64,000 nucleotides of DNA from Centroscyllium fabricii (taxonomy: Eukaryota): NCBI GenBank assembly GCA_051313645.2, contig JBNRSN020000002.1:7812001-7876000 (forward strand). The letters run 5' to 3'. The position numbers and the translations under genes are program-made. Position 1 is the first letter of the stretch, and the number at the start of each line of letters is the position of its first letter. The notes beneath the pieces were generated by a model. That model was not told the DNA's origin. It searched no databases and was given only the letters and a program-made list of their open reading frames with translations. Shown piece by piece: positions 36,321-48,318 of this stretch.

Positions 36321-37330
36321 ACACGGCTGAGTGTTTAAGTATACATACTGCCCTCAAAGGAATAAAGGGGGCGGCTTCCCAGATTGGTGTGAAACATGCT
36401 CATTTAAAAAAATTATTTCATTCTGGGGGTGTGGGCATCGTTGGCAAGGCCAGCAATTATTGCCCATCCCCTCGTTGCCCCTCGAGAAGGTGGTGGTGAG
36501 CCGTCTTCTTGAACCGCTGCAGTCCGTGTGGTGAAGGTGCTCCCACAGTGCTGTTAGGGAGGGAGTCCCAGGGCTTTGAGCCAGCGACGATGAAGGAACG
36601 GCGATACTTGTCCTTCTAAGTGGTGGAGAACATGGGTTTGGGAGGTGCTGTTGAAGAAGCCTTGGCGAGTGGCTGCAGTGCATCTTGTAGATGGCGGACA
36701 ATGCAGCCACGGTGGTGGAGGAATGAATGTTTTAAGGTGCTGACATTACGTGGATGTGCATCAACGATACCCGATTCAGCCACGGCGAAGGCGCACTGAC
36801 TGTGGTTAGGTGGTTGGTAACTCTATTTACCACATAGTCAGGCTCCCTAAGAGGCTTAGATGTTAAGTGCAGACTGGAAGGCCCCCCCCCCCACCCCCAT
36901 GTCAACGTTCCCTCTAAGCTGCGCGGCAGTCTGCCGGTCTCACGCAGCCTGGGACCGGCTTTTTCCATGTAAAAATTGCAAGAAACTGTCAAGGGGACCG
37001 CGCACCCCTCCCCCCCAAAAAATGAGGGGAAACATTGCCTCCCTTTCGCCAGGTTTGCAACCTCCGGCAGCTTTAACTTTGTGGTAGGACTCGGAGACAG
37101 AACGCTGTGAGTTCAAGCCTCACGAGGGACTTGAGCGCATCGTTTAGGCTGGCATTTCGGTGCAGCGCTGAGCGAGTGTGTCGTCAATGCCGTCACTTGC
37201 ACGAGACGTTAAAACGAAGCCCTGTCTCCCGATTTAGGCGACCTTGAGAAATCAGAAGAGCATTTTCCAAGCGTCCTAACCAAATTGGAGCTTCCCGAGG
37301 ACAGGAAAGCCGCTGTATACGGTATACGGA

Positions 37331-37707
37331 CGACACGGTGGCGCAGTGGTTCGCACTGCTGCTTCGCAATAAGGAGCTCCTGGGTTCGAATCCTGCTGGC
37401 CTGGGACACCTCTGCGTGGAGTTTGCATGTTCTCCCCGTGTTCGTGTGGGTTTCCTCCGGGTACTCCGGTTTCCTCCCACCACCCAAAGACATGCAGGTT
37501 AGGTGAATTGGAGATACTAAAAATTGCCCATGAGTATGTGTGTGAGATAGTTCTTAGAGTTGGGGATGTCAGGGAATATGGGGAGAGGGTAGGAGGGGGT
37601 GCTGGGTTTGGATGATCAGCCATCTCATGATGATCTCATCAAAATGGCGGAGCAGGCTCGAAGGGCCGAATGGCCGACTCCTGCTCCTATCTTCTGTGTT
37701 TCTGTGT
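37331..37707 (+). mobile_element. HE1-like V-SINE, variant subfamily
   Basis: Head with tcgcaataaggagctcc and a distinct spacer. The sister copy is at 54675-55050. Confidence 0.85.
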
Positions 37708-38631
37708 ATAAATATGCAGGCGGTTCTTCTTTCTTCTGGGTTCGCACTGCATTTACGGCCCTCAGGTGAGGCAGCAATTCATCTCAGCATCCCCAGGTGA
37801 GCGAGGTGAACCTTGGATAGCATTGTCGTTGGTACGAACACATCCAGTCTCCTGTGCTGGGAAGGTACACGCCCTTAGACAGCGAGATCACAATCGAACT
37901 GCCTGCGGACACTCACTGTCTAGATTCCACAGGACCACAGCGGCTAAAATGATATCCACCGATTGCAGTGAGTGGGCGAGACGCTGGATATCCAGAGGTT
38001 AAGGGTGCGTACAGGGACATGTGGCTGGAGGTCGGGCAAGGCCCAAGAGCGATTTTAGAGCCACAAGGAGCTTGGTCAACTTGGTCAGCACGCGGGGGCC
38101 AGTGGAGCTGGGGATTCAGCCTGGTTAGAATTACAAATCCTCCCAGTAGATCGCCCCCTGAACCGTTTGAACAAAAGATTCTGTTTTAATAGTTTGATCA
38201 TTTTAATCATGTCCCCAGGGTTACGAGTGGCCTGTAAAGAGGAAGCGTCTTCCAAGACAGGACGAGTTGTGGGTGATAAAGTAAAAAAGAATGAATTTGC
38301 ACCTCAGGCCGTCCCATAGAAACATAGAAGATAGGAGCAGGAGTAGGCCATTCGGCCCTTCGAGCCTGCTCCGCCATTCAATGTGATCATGGCTGATCAT
38401 CCAAACCCAGTACCCTGTCCCTGCCTTCTCCCCATATCCCTTGATCCCTTTAGCCTTAAGGAATATATCAAAATCATCTTGAATACATTTAATGAACCGG
38501 CCTCCACTGCCCTCTGTGGTAGAGAATTACACACATTCACCACACTCTGGGTGAATAAATTCCTCCTCATCTCAGTTCTAAATGGTTTACCTCTTATCCT
38601 TAGACTGTGACCCCTGATTCTGGACTCCCCG

Positions 38632-38932
38632 GCCCTGTTCCTGGGACTAGGGACAGGGTCACTGGCAAGGCTTGGAAGCTAAGCAGAGCCAAGCCTGGTT
38701 AGTGCTTGGATGGGTTACCACCAGGGAATACCAGGTGCAGGTGGTCACGAAAGGAGCCCCGGGGAGGGGCGGTTGGCTGAAGATTGTCGGAAAGATGGAA
38801 AGATGGAATGACGGCGCGCACAGATGCAGCGGCTTTGCTGGACTCTTGGGAGCTTGCAAGATCACATTTCCTTCATGTACTTGTACATTGCATAATGACA
38901 ATAAAAGTTGAATTATTGTTATTATTATTATT
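38632..38932 (+). mobile_element. 5S rRNA-derived SINE, copy 3
   Basis: A clean insertion into CR1 defines both ends. 5S box A/IE/box C lie at ~38674-38738. No obvious TSD. Confidence 0.85.
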
Positions 38933-39294
38933 GGGAACATCCTTCCTGCATCTAGTCTGTCCAGGCCTGACAGAATTTTATAGGTTTCGATGAGATCCCC
39001 TCTCAATCTTCTAAACTCAAGCGAGTATAAGCCCAATCGACCCAATCTCTCCTCATACGTCATTCCTGCCATCCCAGGTATCAGCCTGGTGAATCTTCGC
39101 TGCACTCTCTCCATGGCAAGAACATCCTTCCTCAGATAAGGCGACCAAAGCTGCACACAATACTCAAGGTGTGGTCTCACCAAGGCCCTGGACAACTGCA
39201 GCAGGTCATCCTTGCTCCTGTACTCGAACCCTCTCGCTACGAAGGCCAACATACCATTTGCCTTCTTAACCGCCTGCTGCACCTGCATGCTTAC

Positions 39295-39523
39295 TGTAAT
39301 GATATTGAGACTTCCGGCAGGAAGTCGGATGAACTCTGCTTATGAACTTCCAGTGACATCACTTCCTGTACATGTCACTTCCTGTGTAGTAGTATAAATT
39401 CTGCTACTATTCAGTCTGAGATAATGCTTCTCTATGTAAATATGTTAAAACTCTCAACTCTGTAAATAGCTGATTAAAGCTTTGCTTAAAGTATTTGATG
39501 TGTAAGTCGCTTTTGTCACATCA
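39295..39523 (+). mobile_element. Solo LTR, 229 bp
   Basis: TG...CA ends, a 5-bp TSD CTTAC (39290-39294, 39524-39528) inside CR1, TATAAA near 39393 and ATTAAA near 39473. Confidence 0.85.
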
Positions 39524-39539
39524 CTTACCTTCAGCGACG

Positions 39540-39911
39540 GTGCACTTTACAGCCAACTAAGTGCTTTTGAAGTGTGGTCACTGTTTTAATGTGGGAAACG
39601 CGGCAGGCAATTTGCGCACAGCAAGCTCCCACAAACAGCAATGAGATAAATGATCAGATAATCAATTTTTGTGTGTTGATCGAGGGTTTAGCATTGGCCA
39701 GGACTCCAGGGGCAACTCCCCAGCTCTCCTCCTAAATCGTGGTCGTGGAATCTTTTCCATCCACCTGTGAGGGGAGACGGGGCCTCGGTTTAACGTCTCA
39801 CCTGAAAGACGGCACCTCCGACAGCGCAGCACCGGACTACCAGCCTGGATTATGGCCTCAAATCTCTGAAGTGGGACTCGAACCCACAACCAACTGAGCC
39901 ACGGCTGACAC
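39540..39911 (-). mobile_element. DeuSINE
   Basis: Head, Deu core and most of the tail. Confidence 0.8.
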
Positions 39912-39962
39912 GGTCAAATCTCTCACCAGTCCCATACTTTGCATCATCAGATAAACCAACGT

Positions 39963-40397
39963 ATAAGATTAAGATTAAGATTAAGATTCAATTTATTGTC
40001 ATTGTAAAGTGAACATACACAAAACAACGAAATGCAAACATGCAATCTCCCAAATTATTAAAATGTCCTTTAGTCCCAGTCTGATCCATTCCATCCCACC
40101 AGGACCACCCGGCGCTGCAGCCACGATGCGCCCGGTGCCCGGCCACGCAGGCCCTGGCGCTCCGGCCACGACGGCCTCACAGCTCCCGGCCCTCGACGGC
40201 CTCGCAGCTCCCGGGCCTCGCAGCTCTCAGCGCCCGACGGCCTCGCAGCTCCCGGGCCTCGCAGCTCTCAGCGCCCGACGGCCCCACAGCTCCCGGGCCT
40301 CGCAGCTCTCAGCGCCCGACGGCCTCGCAGCTCCCGGGCCTCGCAGCTCCCGGCCCCCGACGGCCCCACAGCTCCCGGGCCTCACAGCTCTCAGCTA
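39963..40397 (-). mobile_element. Non-coding element with a Rex1-like 3' tail and a GC-rich minisatellite
   Basis: Minus-strand end catttcgttg...aatgacaataaattg(aatctt)n. Tandem ~41-bp units (ggcctcgcagctcccgggcctcgcagctctcagcgcccgac) lie at 40170-40397. Confidence 0.55.
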
Positions 40398-40563
40398 ATG
40401 GGCTGAATACTTTCCTCAACGAAAATACATTCCAAAAAGCCAGTATTCCCCCCGCCCGCTCCAGAGTCCCAGCCTAGAACCTAAGGCCAGCCACAGAGAA
40501 TTACCCCAACCAGTATCAGTGGAGATACTCCTTCAATCTCAGAATATTTCAGGTTAGAAAAAA

Positions 40564-40736
40564 CCTAACCCGCACATCTTTGGACTGTGGGAGAAAACCG
40601 GAGCACCCGGAGGAAACCCACGCAGACACGGGGAGAATGTGCAAACTCCACACAGATAGTACTCAAGGCCGGATTTGAACCCGGGTCTCCAGTGCTGTGA
40701 GGCAACAGTGCTAACCACTATGCCACCGTGCCGCCC
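40564..40736 (-). mobile_element. HE1-like V-SINE 5' half
   Basis: Head and V-domain only. Confidence 0.85.
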
Positions 40737-41064
40737 AACCTCCATTCTCTTCTCCTCAGACGCTTGTCCAGTCTCCCCTTAAATGCATCGATACGATTCG
40801 CCTCAACCACTCCCTGTGGTAGCGAGTTCCACATTCTCACCACTCTCTGGTTTCTTCGGAATTCCCTATTGGATTTCTTTATGGTCTCTAGTTATGTTCT
40901 TCCCCACAAGTGGAAACATTCTCTCTGTATCCACTCTATCAAAACCTATCATAATTTTCAAGGCCTCTATTAGGTCACCCCTCAGCCTTCTCTTTTCAAG
41001 AGAAGAGAAACCCAGCCTGTTCATCCTTTCCCGATCGGTACTGTATAGCCTCGCATTTCTGGTA

Positions 41065-42008
41065 CAGGTACACAACCCTTTATCCGAAAACCTCGGGACC
41101 GGGCGGGTTTCGGATAAATACGGTTTTTAGAGTTGGCCCCAGTGCGCATGCGCAGATCGCTTGCGCGTGCACATTTTCGTGTTTGCGGCCCAGCTTGCGG
41201 TTGGGGAACGGCATATCGGCCGTTTGGAGCGGGAGACCAGCCGTTTGCAGGAGAGACCGGCCGTTTGCAGGGGAGACCGGCCGTTTGCAGGGGAGACCGG
41301 CCGTTTGCAGGGGAGACCGGCCGTTTGCAGGGGAGACCGGCCGTTGGCAGGGGAGACCGGCCGTTGGCAGGGGAGACCGGCCGTTGGCAGGGGAGACCGG
41401 CCGTTGGCAGGGGAGACCGGCCGTTGGCAGGGGAGACCGGCCATTTGCAGGGGAGACCGGCCGTTTGCAGGGGAGACCGGCCGTTTGCAGGGGAGACCGG
41501 CCGTTTGCAGGGGAGACCGGCCGTTTGCAGGGGGGAGACCGGCCGTTTGCAGGGGGGAGACCGGCCGTTTGCAGGGGGGAGACCGGCCGTTTGCAGGGGG
41601 GAGACCGGCCGTTTGCAGGGGGGAGACCGGCCGTTTGCAGGGGGGAGACCGGCCGTTTGCAGGGGGGAGACCGGCCGTTTGCAGGGGGGAGACCGGCCGT
41701 TTGCAGGGGAGACCGGCTGTTTGCAGGGGGGAGACCGGCCGTTTGGAGGAGGGAGACCGGCCGTTTGGAGGAGGAAACCGGCCGTTTGCAGGGGGAAACC
41801 GGCCGTTTGGAGGAGGAAACCGGCCGTTTGCGGGGGGGAGATCGGCCGTTTTTTTTCCTCAGCACGACATCAACAGCACGAGATCGGGGTAGGAACGTGT
41901 TTTTTCTGCTGCAGCTTAAATCATTTTTTTCTTATATAAATTGAAGAAAAACTTCAGTTTTTGGAGCTTTTCGGTTTTGGGAGTTGCGGATAAGGGATTG
42001 TGTACCTG
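41065..42008. mobile_element. Tigger-like MITE (second TIR type) with a 20-22-bp minisatellite
   Basis: TIR CAGGTACACAA.CC.TTATCCG, TA TSD, and an internal (GGGAGACCGGCCGTTTGCAG)n array at 41231-41850. Inserted in a CR1 fragment (40740-42715, minus strand). Confidence 0.88.
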
Positions 42009-42334
42009 TATTATCCTTGTGGATTTTTTTTCCCAACCTCTCCAGTGCCTCTATATCCTTTTTATAATATAGCGACCAAAATTGTATGCAGTACTCCAAC
42101 TGTGGTCAAAGGTTCGATACAAGTTTAGTATAACTTCTCTACTTTTCAATTCTATCCCTCTAGAAATAAACCCGCGTGCTTGGTTTGCTTTTTTTATGGC
42201 CTTGTTAACCTGTGTCGCTACGTTTAGTGATTTGTGTATTTGAAATCAGAGCTCCCTTTGCTCTTCTGCCCCATTAAGATTTGTATTTGGCAAATAAAAT
42301 GTGACCTCCCTATTTTTCTTACCAAAATGTAATA

Positions 42335-42648
42335 CAGGTACATAATCCTTTATCCGCAACTCTGAAAACCGGAAAACGTTTCGGAGCACGAACGTAAATC
42401 TACTCGGGGCCTGAGGCCTACACCCGGGTTTCCAGCCCACCCGCGGGTACAATTCCCCCCGAGCCCACAATCTCCTACCGCCTCCCGGGAGCATCTCTTC
42501 CATTTCAGAGGACAGCAATGCGCCTGCGCATGTGCAGAGCGCCGTTCCGCACCTGCGCACTGGGCCGCCAACACGACCATCCGAAAACCGAAAAAAAATC
42601 CGAAATCCGTCCCGTCCCAAGGGTTTTGGATGAATGATTGTGTGCCTG
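42335..42648. mobile_element. Tigger-like MITE (second TIR type)
   Basis: CAGGTACATAATCCTTTATCC...GGATGAATGATTGTGTGCCTG with a TA TSD within CR1. Confidence 0.82.
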
Positions 42649-42853
42649 TACCTCACACTTATCTATGTTGAATTTCATTTGCCAATTATATATGCCCATT
42701 CTGCAAGTTTATTATTGTCTTCTGGCAGCGAACAATGAATGACTTTTGAAGCGAAGGGCGCCGCACTGTCGGAGCTGCTGTCTCTTGAATGAGACATTAA
42801 ACCGAGGCCCTATCTGCTCTCTCAGGTGGATGTAAAAGATCCCATTATTACTA

Positions 42854-43360
42854 CAGGTTGTGCACCGAAAATCCGTGTCCCGAATAGCCGGCAGCTTCAG
42901 TCTGCCGGCACAAATTGCCCAGACTGCACTGCGCATGCGCAAGATGGCCGCCGCCATCGTGGCTTCGGCGCATGCGCAGATCATTCAAAACAGCTGCGGG
43001 TGTTTTGAATGATCTGCGCATGTGTCGCCGGACGGTTAGCGCATGCGCAGATAATTCAATACGGCCGCCGGTTATTTTCCCGACAGCTGAGCCCCGTGAC
43101 TGAGGCGGACAGTCACTAGGCAACAGCTGTCAGCCTGAGTCCGGCTCGGCGGCAGCAGCAACCCGAAAGGCGATGGAGAGGGAACGCGGACCCGTGCCCG
43201 ATCTGCGCATGCGCGCGCAAGCCAATCCCAATGCTGTGCGCATGCGCGCGGCCATTTTGCACGGTGCGCATGCGCAGTGTCCAACCTCGTTCTCCCGGTT
43301 TTTTCTGTTTCCCGGCACGGGCCTGGTCCCGCCCGTGGCGGATTAATGGTGCTCAACCTG
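42854..43360. mobile_element. Tigger/pogo-like MITE
   Basis: CAGGTTG(T/A)GCACC TIR, TA TSD, inserted in a DeuSINE. Confidence 0.85.
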
Positions 43361-43375
43361 TATTTGAAAGAGATG

Positions 43376-44420
43376 GGGATTTGGAGGAAGGGACCAAGTG
43401 CAACATATCAAAGTTTGCAGACGATACAAAGATGGGAGGGAGAGTGATGAGTGAGGAGGACATTAAAAACCTGCAAAAGGACATTGGCAGGCTAAGTGAG
43501 TGGGCAGAGATTTGGCAGATGGAATATAATATTGGAAAGTGTGAGGTTATGCACTTTGGCAGGAAAAAAATCATAGAGCGAGTTATTATCTTAATGGAAA
43601 GAAACTGGAAAGTACTGCAGTACAAAGGGATCTGGGGGTCCTGGTGCAGGAAACACAAAAAGCAGGTGATCAGGAAGGCCAACGGAATGGTGCCTTTTAT
43701 TGCAAGGGGGATGGAGTATAAAAACAGGGAGGTCTTGCTGCAGTTGTACAGGGTATTGGTGAGACCACACCTGTAATACTGCGTGCAGTTCTGGTGTCCA
43801 TATTTAAGAAAAGACATACTTGCTCTCGAGGCAGTGCAAAGAAGGTTCACTCGGTTAATCCCGGGGATGAGGGGGCTGACATATGAGGAGAGGTTGAGTA
43901 GATTGGGCCTCTACTCATTGGAGTTCAGAAGAATGAGAGGCGATCTTATTGAAACATATAAGATTGTGAAGGAGCTTGATCGGGTGGATGCGATGAGGAT
44001 GTTCCCAATGGTGGGGGAAACTAAAATTAGGGGCATAATCTTAAAATAAGGAAAGTGGACGTGCGTCTAGGTTCAGATCGGCCATGTTCCTGTGGGTGGC
44101 AGAGCGGGCCCGGGGCCGTGTGGCCTGGTCACCTCTTACAGAAGGTAGGTTCTGCAGGAAATTCAGGGCCAGAGTGATCTCCTGGACGAGTTTCGATCGC
44201 CTAGAAGGGTCGGAGAGGAATTTCCCAGATTTTTTCTCCCAAATTGGCCATTGGGTTTTTTATCTGGTTTTTCGCCTCTCCCGGAAGATCACATGGGTTC
44301 GGGTGGGATGGAGAGTAAAAGTAGATTTGAGGTTAGGAGCAGATCAGCCATGATCATATTGAATGACGGAGCGGGCTCGAGGGGCCGATTGGCCTACTCC
44401 TGCTCCTATTTCTTATGTTC
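43376..44420 (+). mobile_element. CR1 fragment with a double 3' tail, inserted in a DeuSINE
   Basis: [18 protein letters not shown]..., same subfamily as 31058-32640. Confidence 0.85.
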
Positions 44421-44862
44421 TTCGGTGTCCTGGCCAATACTTATCCCCCAACCAACATCACAAAAAACAGATTATCTGGTCATTTATCACATCGCTGTTT
44501 GTGGGAGCTTGCTGTGCGCACATTGCCTGCCACGTTTCCTACATTACAACAGTGACTACTGTTCAAAAAGCACTTCCTTGGCTGCAAAGTGCTTTTGGAT
44601 GACCTGAGGTCTTGAAAGGCGCTGTGAAAATGCAAGTTGTTTCTTAAGGAAGTTCCAGTGCGCATGAGCACGGCGGCTGAAGTGACATCCACTGATTATG
44701 GAGTCGGGAACAGGGAGATGCTCTGGGCCTCGGGAGAGCCAAGGGTGCATACAGGGACATATGGCTGGAGGTCGGGTCAGGCAAGTCCCCGGAGGGATTT
44801 TAAAGTCACGACGAGGATCTTGGTCAACTTGTAGCAGGCGGGGCCAGTGGGGCTTGGATTCT

Positions 44863-45750
44863 AGGATACCAGGAAGCTCCAGGATGATTTGGACAGGTTG
44901 GGCGAGTGGGCTGAGACGTGGCAGATGCAGTATAATGTGGATAAATGCGAGGTTATCCACTTTGGGGGCAAAAACAGAAATGCCGACTATTACCTGAATG
45001 GCAATAGATTGGGAGAAGGGGAAGTACAACGAGACCTGGGTGTCCTGGTGCACCAGTCACTGAAGGTGAGCATTCAAGTGCAGCAGGCAGTTAAGAAGGC
45101 AAATGGTATGTTGGCCTTCATAGCGAAAGGGTTCGAGTACAGGAACAGGGAGGTCTTGCTGCAGTTGTACAGGGCCTTGGTGAGACAACACCTTGAGTAC
45201 TGTGTGCAGTTTTGGTCTCCTTATCTAAGGAAGGATGTTCTTGCCATGGAGGGAGTGCAGAGAAGATTCACCAGGCTGATACCTGGGATGGCAGGAATGA
45301 CGTATGAGGAGAGACTGGGTAGACTGGGTTTGTACTCTCTGGAGTTTAGAAGATTGAGAGGGGATCTCATCGAAACGTATAAAATTCCAACTGGTCTGGA
45401 CAAACTTGATGCAGGAAGAATGTTCCCGATGATCGGAGAGTCCAGAACCAGGGGTCACAGTCTAAGGATAAGGGGTAAGCCATTTAGGACAGAGATGAGG
45501 AGGAATTTCTTCACCCAGAGAGTGGTGAACCTGTGGAATTCGCTGCCACAGAGGGCGGTGGAGGCCAGTTCATTGAATATATTCAAGAAGGTGCTGGATG
45601 TATTTCTTAAGGCTAGAGGGATCAAGGGATATGGGGAGAAGGCAGGGACAGGGTACTGAGTTTGGATGATCAGTCATGATCTCATTGAATGGCGGAGCAG
45701 GCTCGAGGGGCCGAATGGCCTACTCCTGCTCCTATCTTCTATGTTTCTAT
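44863..45750 (+). mobile_element. CR1/HER1 3' fragment
   Basis: ORF 44889-45659. A GATTC duplication at the flanks lies inside an old L2-like remnant. Confidence 0.9.
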
Positions 45751-47094
45751 GATTCAGCCTGGTTAGAATCACTAATCCTCCCAGCTGATCTCCTGCTAAA
45801 CTGTTTCAACAAAAAATTCTGCATTATAGTTTGACCATTTTAAATGGGCCCCATAGGTCACATTACCCTCCTTCAAAAGGAGTTCCAAGGTCCAGGCTCC
45901 CTTTTTAACTAAAACACATACTTTCGTTTTTTTTTAAGTTAACATTTTTCCAGCAGCATAAACACTGCAGGCGTTTGTACGATTTTGAAGCTAACTTGGG
46001 AATTTCTTGTTTTTTTTCTTGGGGAGCTTGTCTATTTCGGGAACATCATCTTCCCACTGGTGGTTTCGGCTCTCTGCCATCAGCGGGCCACTTGAAAAGG
46101 GCAACGAGAAGGAAGATAATTGCAGAGACTTTTCGAAGTTGAAAACAACTCTTCATTCTCGTATTTCTTTTTCAACACTGGCACGGTTGCATTGATTGCT
46201 CATCCCTCACTGCCGTCTGAAAGGGCATTGAGAGTCAGCTGGCTTATTGTTGGCCTGGAGTCGCGCGTGTAAGATAGACCGGAGGTGGGCGGCAGGTTCC
46301 CTTCCCTGAAGGGCGTTCGCGGACATCTGGGGTTTCACAACAATCAACGAATTGCCAGATTTATTAAGTTCAAGTTTACAACTTGCTCTGGTGGGATTTG
46401 AACTTACGACCTCGTTTGCCAGTCCAGCGCTACGGCCACAACACTGGCGTACTCCTTCCCAGTGTTCTCCTATTAAGTGTTTGTAAACTTTGTATAAATT
46501 CACCCGCAATATCTGACAATCCTAAGTTCAACATAAGGCTGGCGGGGGGCCGGGGGTGTTCCTAAGAACATAAGAATTAGGAGCAGGAGTCGGCCATACG
46601 GCCCCTCGAGCCTGCTCCAACATTCAATGAGATCACGGCTGATCCTAGACCTCAACTCCACTTTCCCGTCCGATCCCCATATCCCTTGATTCCCCGAGAG
46701 TCCAAAAATCTATCTCTCTCTCAGCCTTAAATATATTCAATGATTCAGCATCCACAGCCCTGTGGGGTAGAGAATGCCAAAGATTCACAACCCTCTGACT
46801 CACACTCAGAAGAGAAAAGCTAAACAAACAGTTTCTATTTAACTACTTTGCAGCAAAGGTGGCAAAAACATCGAACAGACTACACTGGGGAGCTGAACAA
46901 TGTCAGCAAATTCAAGGAGGAAATGAACAGGTGTTCGGTGGAGTAAAGGGGTTGCAGGGCATGAGTGGTGGATGGGGCTGTTCTCAATTTTGTACTGGCC
47001 ATCTGGACCGCTATGGATCGATAACGATTTGCAATTCAGCGCGAGAATCTGGAGTGAGAAAAGGCCATTTGGCCCATTAAGCCTGTTCCATCCA

Positions 47095-47468
47095 GAAACA
47101 TAGAAACATAGAAGATAAGAGCAGGAGTCGGCCATTCGAGCCTGCTCCACCATTCAATGAGATCATGGCTGATCATCCAAACCCAGCACCCTGTCCCTGC
47201 CCTGTCCCCATCGAGCCTGCACGACACATATCCCACCCTATCCCCGTAACCCCACATATTCAATCCCCCTAACACTAAGGGTCAATTTATCCTGGCCAAT
47301 CAACCTAACCCGCACATCTTTGGACTGTGGGAGGAAACCGGAGCACCCGGAGGAAACCCACGCAGACACGGGGAGAATGTGCAAACTCCACACAGATAGT
47401 CACCCGAGGCTGGATTTGAACCCGGGTCTCTAGTGCTGTGAGGCAACAATGCTAACCACTGTGCCACT
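47095..47468 (-). mobile_element. HE1-like V-SINE
   Basis: Head, V-domain and CR1 tail. Confidence 0.9.
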
Positions 47469-47887
47469 ATGGACGGTTCTTCTTCCCGCCCACTTTTTGT
47501 CAGGCCCAACAAAGCATCTGATCCCGGTCTCATCTCTCGTTACAAATAAAATCGAGCTCCGCCATAACCCTCAAAACCCCCTTCGCAACCCCCACATAGT
47601 GCATCCTGAACAGAGTGACAGCACGTTGAAAGACCTGCTTTTTTGGAGAAACAAACAGCATTAAGTATCCTGTTCCACACGTTTTTCCTGAGGGGAAGTA
47701 AGGAGAATTTCTTCTTAAATGCACTGAGGTGTCATGATCGGTGTACAATTCTGGTCGCCATATTATAAAAAGGATATAGAGGCACTGGGGTGGGTGCAAA
47801 GAAGATTTACAAGGATGATATCAGAAATGCGAGGTTATACCCATCAGGAAAGGGTGAACAGGCTGGGTCTCCTTTCCCTTGTAAGAA

Positions 47888-48236
47888 GGGTTCAAATCCG
47901 GCCTCGGGTACTATCTGTGTGGAGTTTGCACATTCTCCCCGTGTCAGCATGGGTTTCCTCCGGGCGCTCCGGTTTCCTCCCCCAGTCCAAAGATGTGCGG
48001 GTTAGGTTGATTGGCCAGGATAAATTGACCCTTAGTGTTAGGGGGATTGAATATGTGGGGTTACGGGGATAGGGTGGGATATGTGTCGGTGCAGGCTCGA
48101 TGGGGATCGAGGGATATGGGGAGAGGGCAGGGGCGGGGTACTGGGTTTGGATGATCAGCCATGATCTCAGTGAATGGCGGAGCAGGCTCGAAGGACCAAA
48201 TGGCCTACTCCTGCTCCTATCTTCTGTGTTTCTATG
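47888..48236 (+). mobile_element. HE1-like V-SINE, 5'-truncated, inserted in a PLE fragment
   Basis: Starts at box B (gggttcaaatcc) and splits tgtaagaag|tcacacaac. Confidence 0.85.
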
Positions 48237-48281
48237 TAAGTCACACAACACCAGGTTATAGTCCAACAGTTTTATTTGAAA

Positions 48282-48318
48282 TCACAAGCTTTCGGAGCGC
48301 TGCTCCTTCCTCAGGTGA
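48282..48318 (-). ncRNA. Minimal type I hammerhead ribozyme motif (PLE-derived)
   Basis: TCAC-CTGAGGA-A-GGAGC(AGC)GCTCC-GAAA-GC-TT-GTGA: intact core, helix II, palindromic helix III and helix I. Confidence 0.75.

Larger units (their letters stand above)
38316..39540 (-). mobile_element. CR1 3' fragment hosting a 5S-SINE and a solo LTR
   Basis: MQVQQAVKKANGML..GRMFP continues on both sides of the inserts. Confidence 0.88.

Noticed and set aside
36903-37037. Possible hAT-type mini element (CAACGTTCCCTC...GAGGGGAAACATTG)
   Set aside because: The TIR is imperfect and there is no 8-bp TSD, so it is too weak to call.
37950-38225. Diverged duplicate of 44685-44862 plus 45751-45860
   Set aside because: The reverse strand shows L2-like LHW..KIL remnants, so it is best explained as old LINE copies rather than a functional duplication.
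41080-41944. Repetitive 243-268-aa ORFs
   Set aside because: Translations of the MITE-internal minisatellite.
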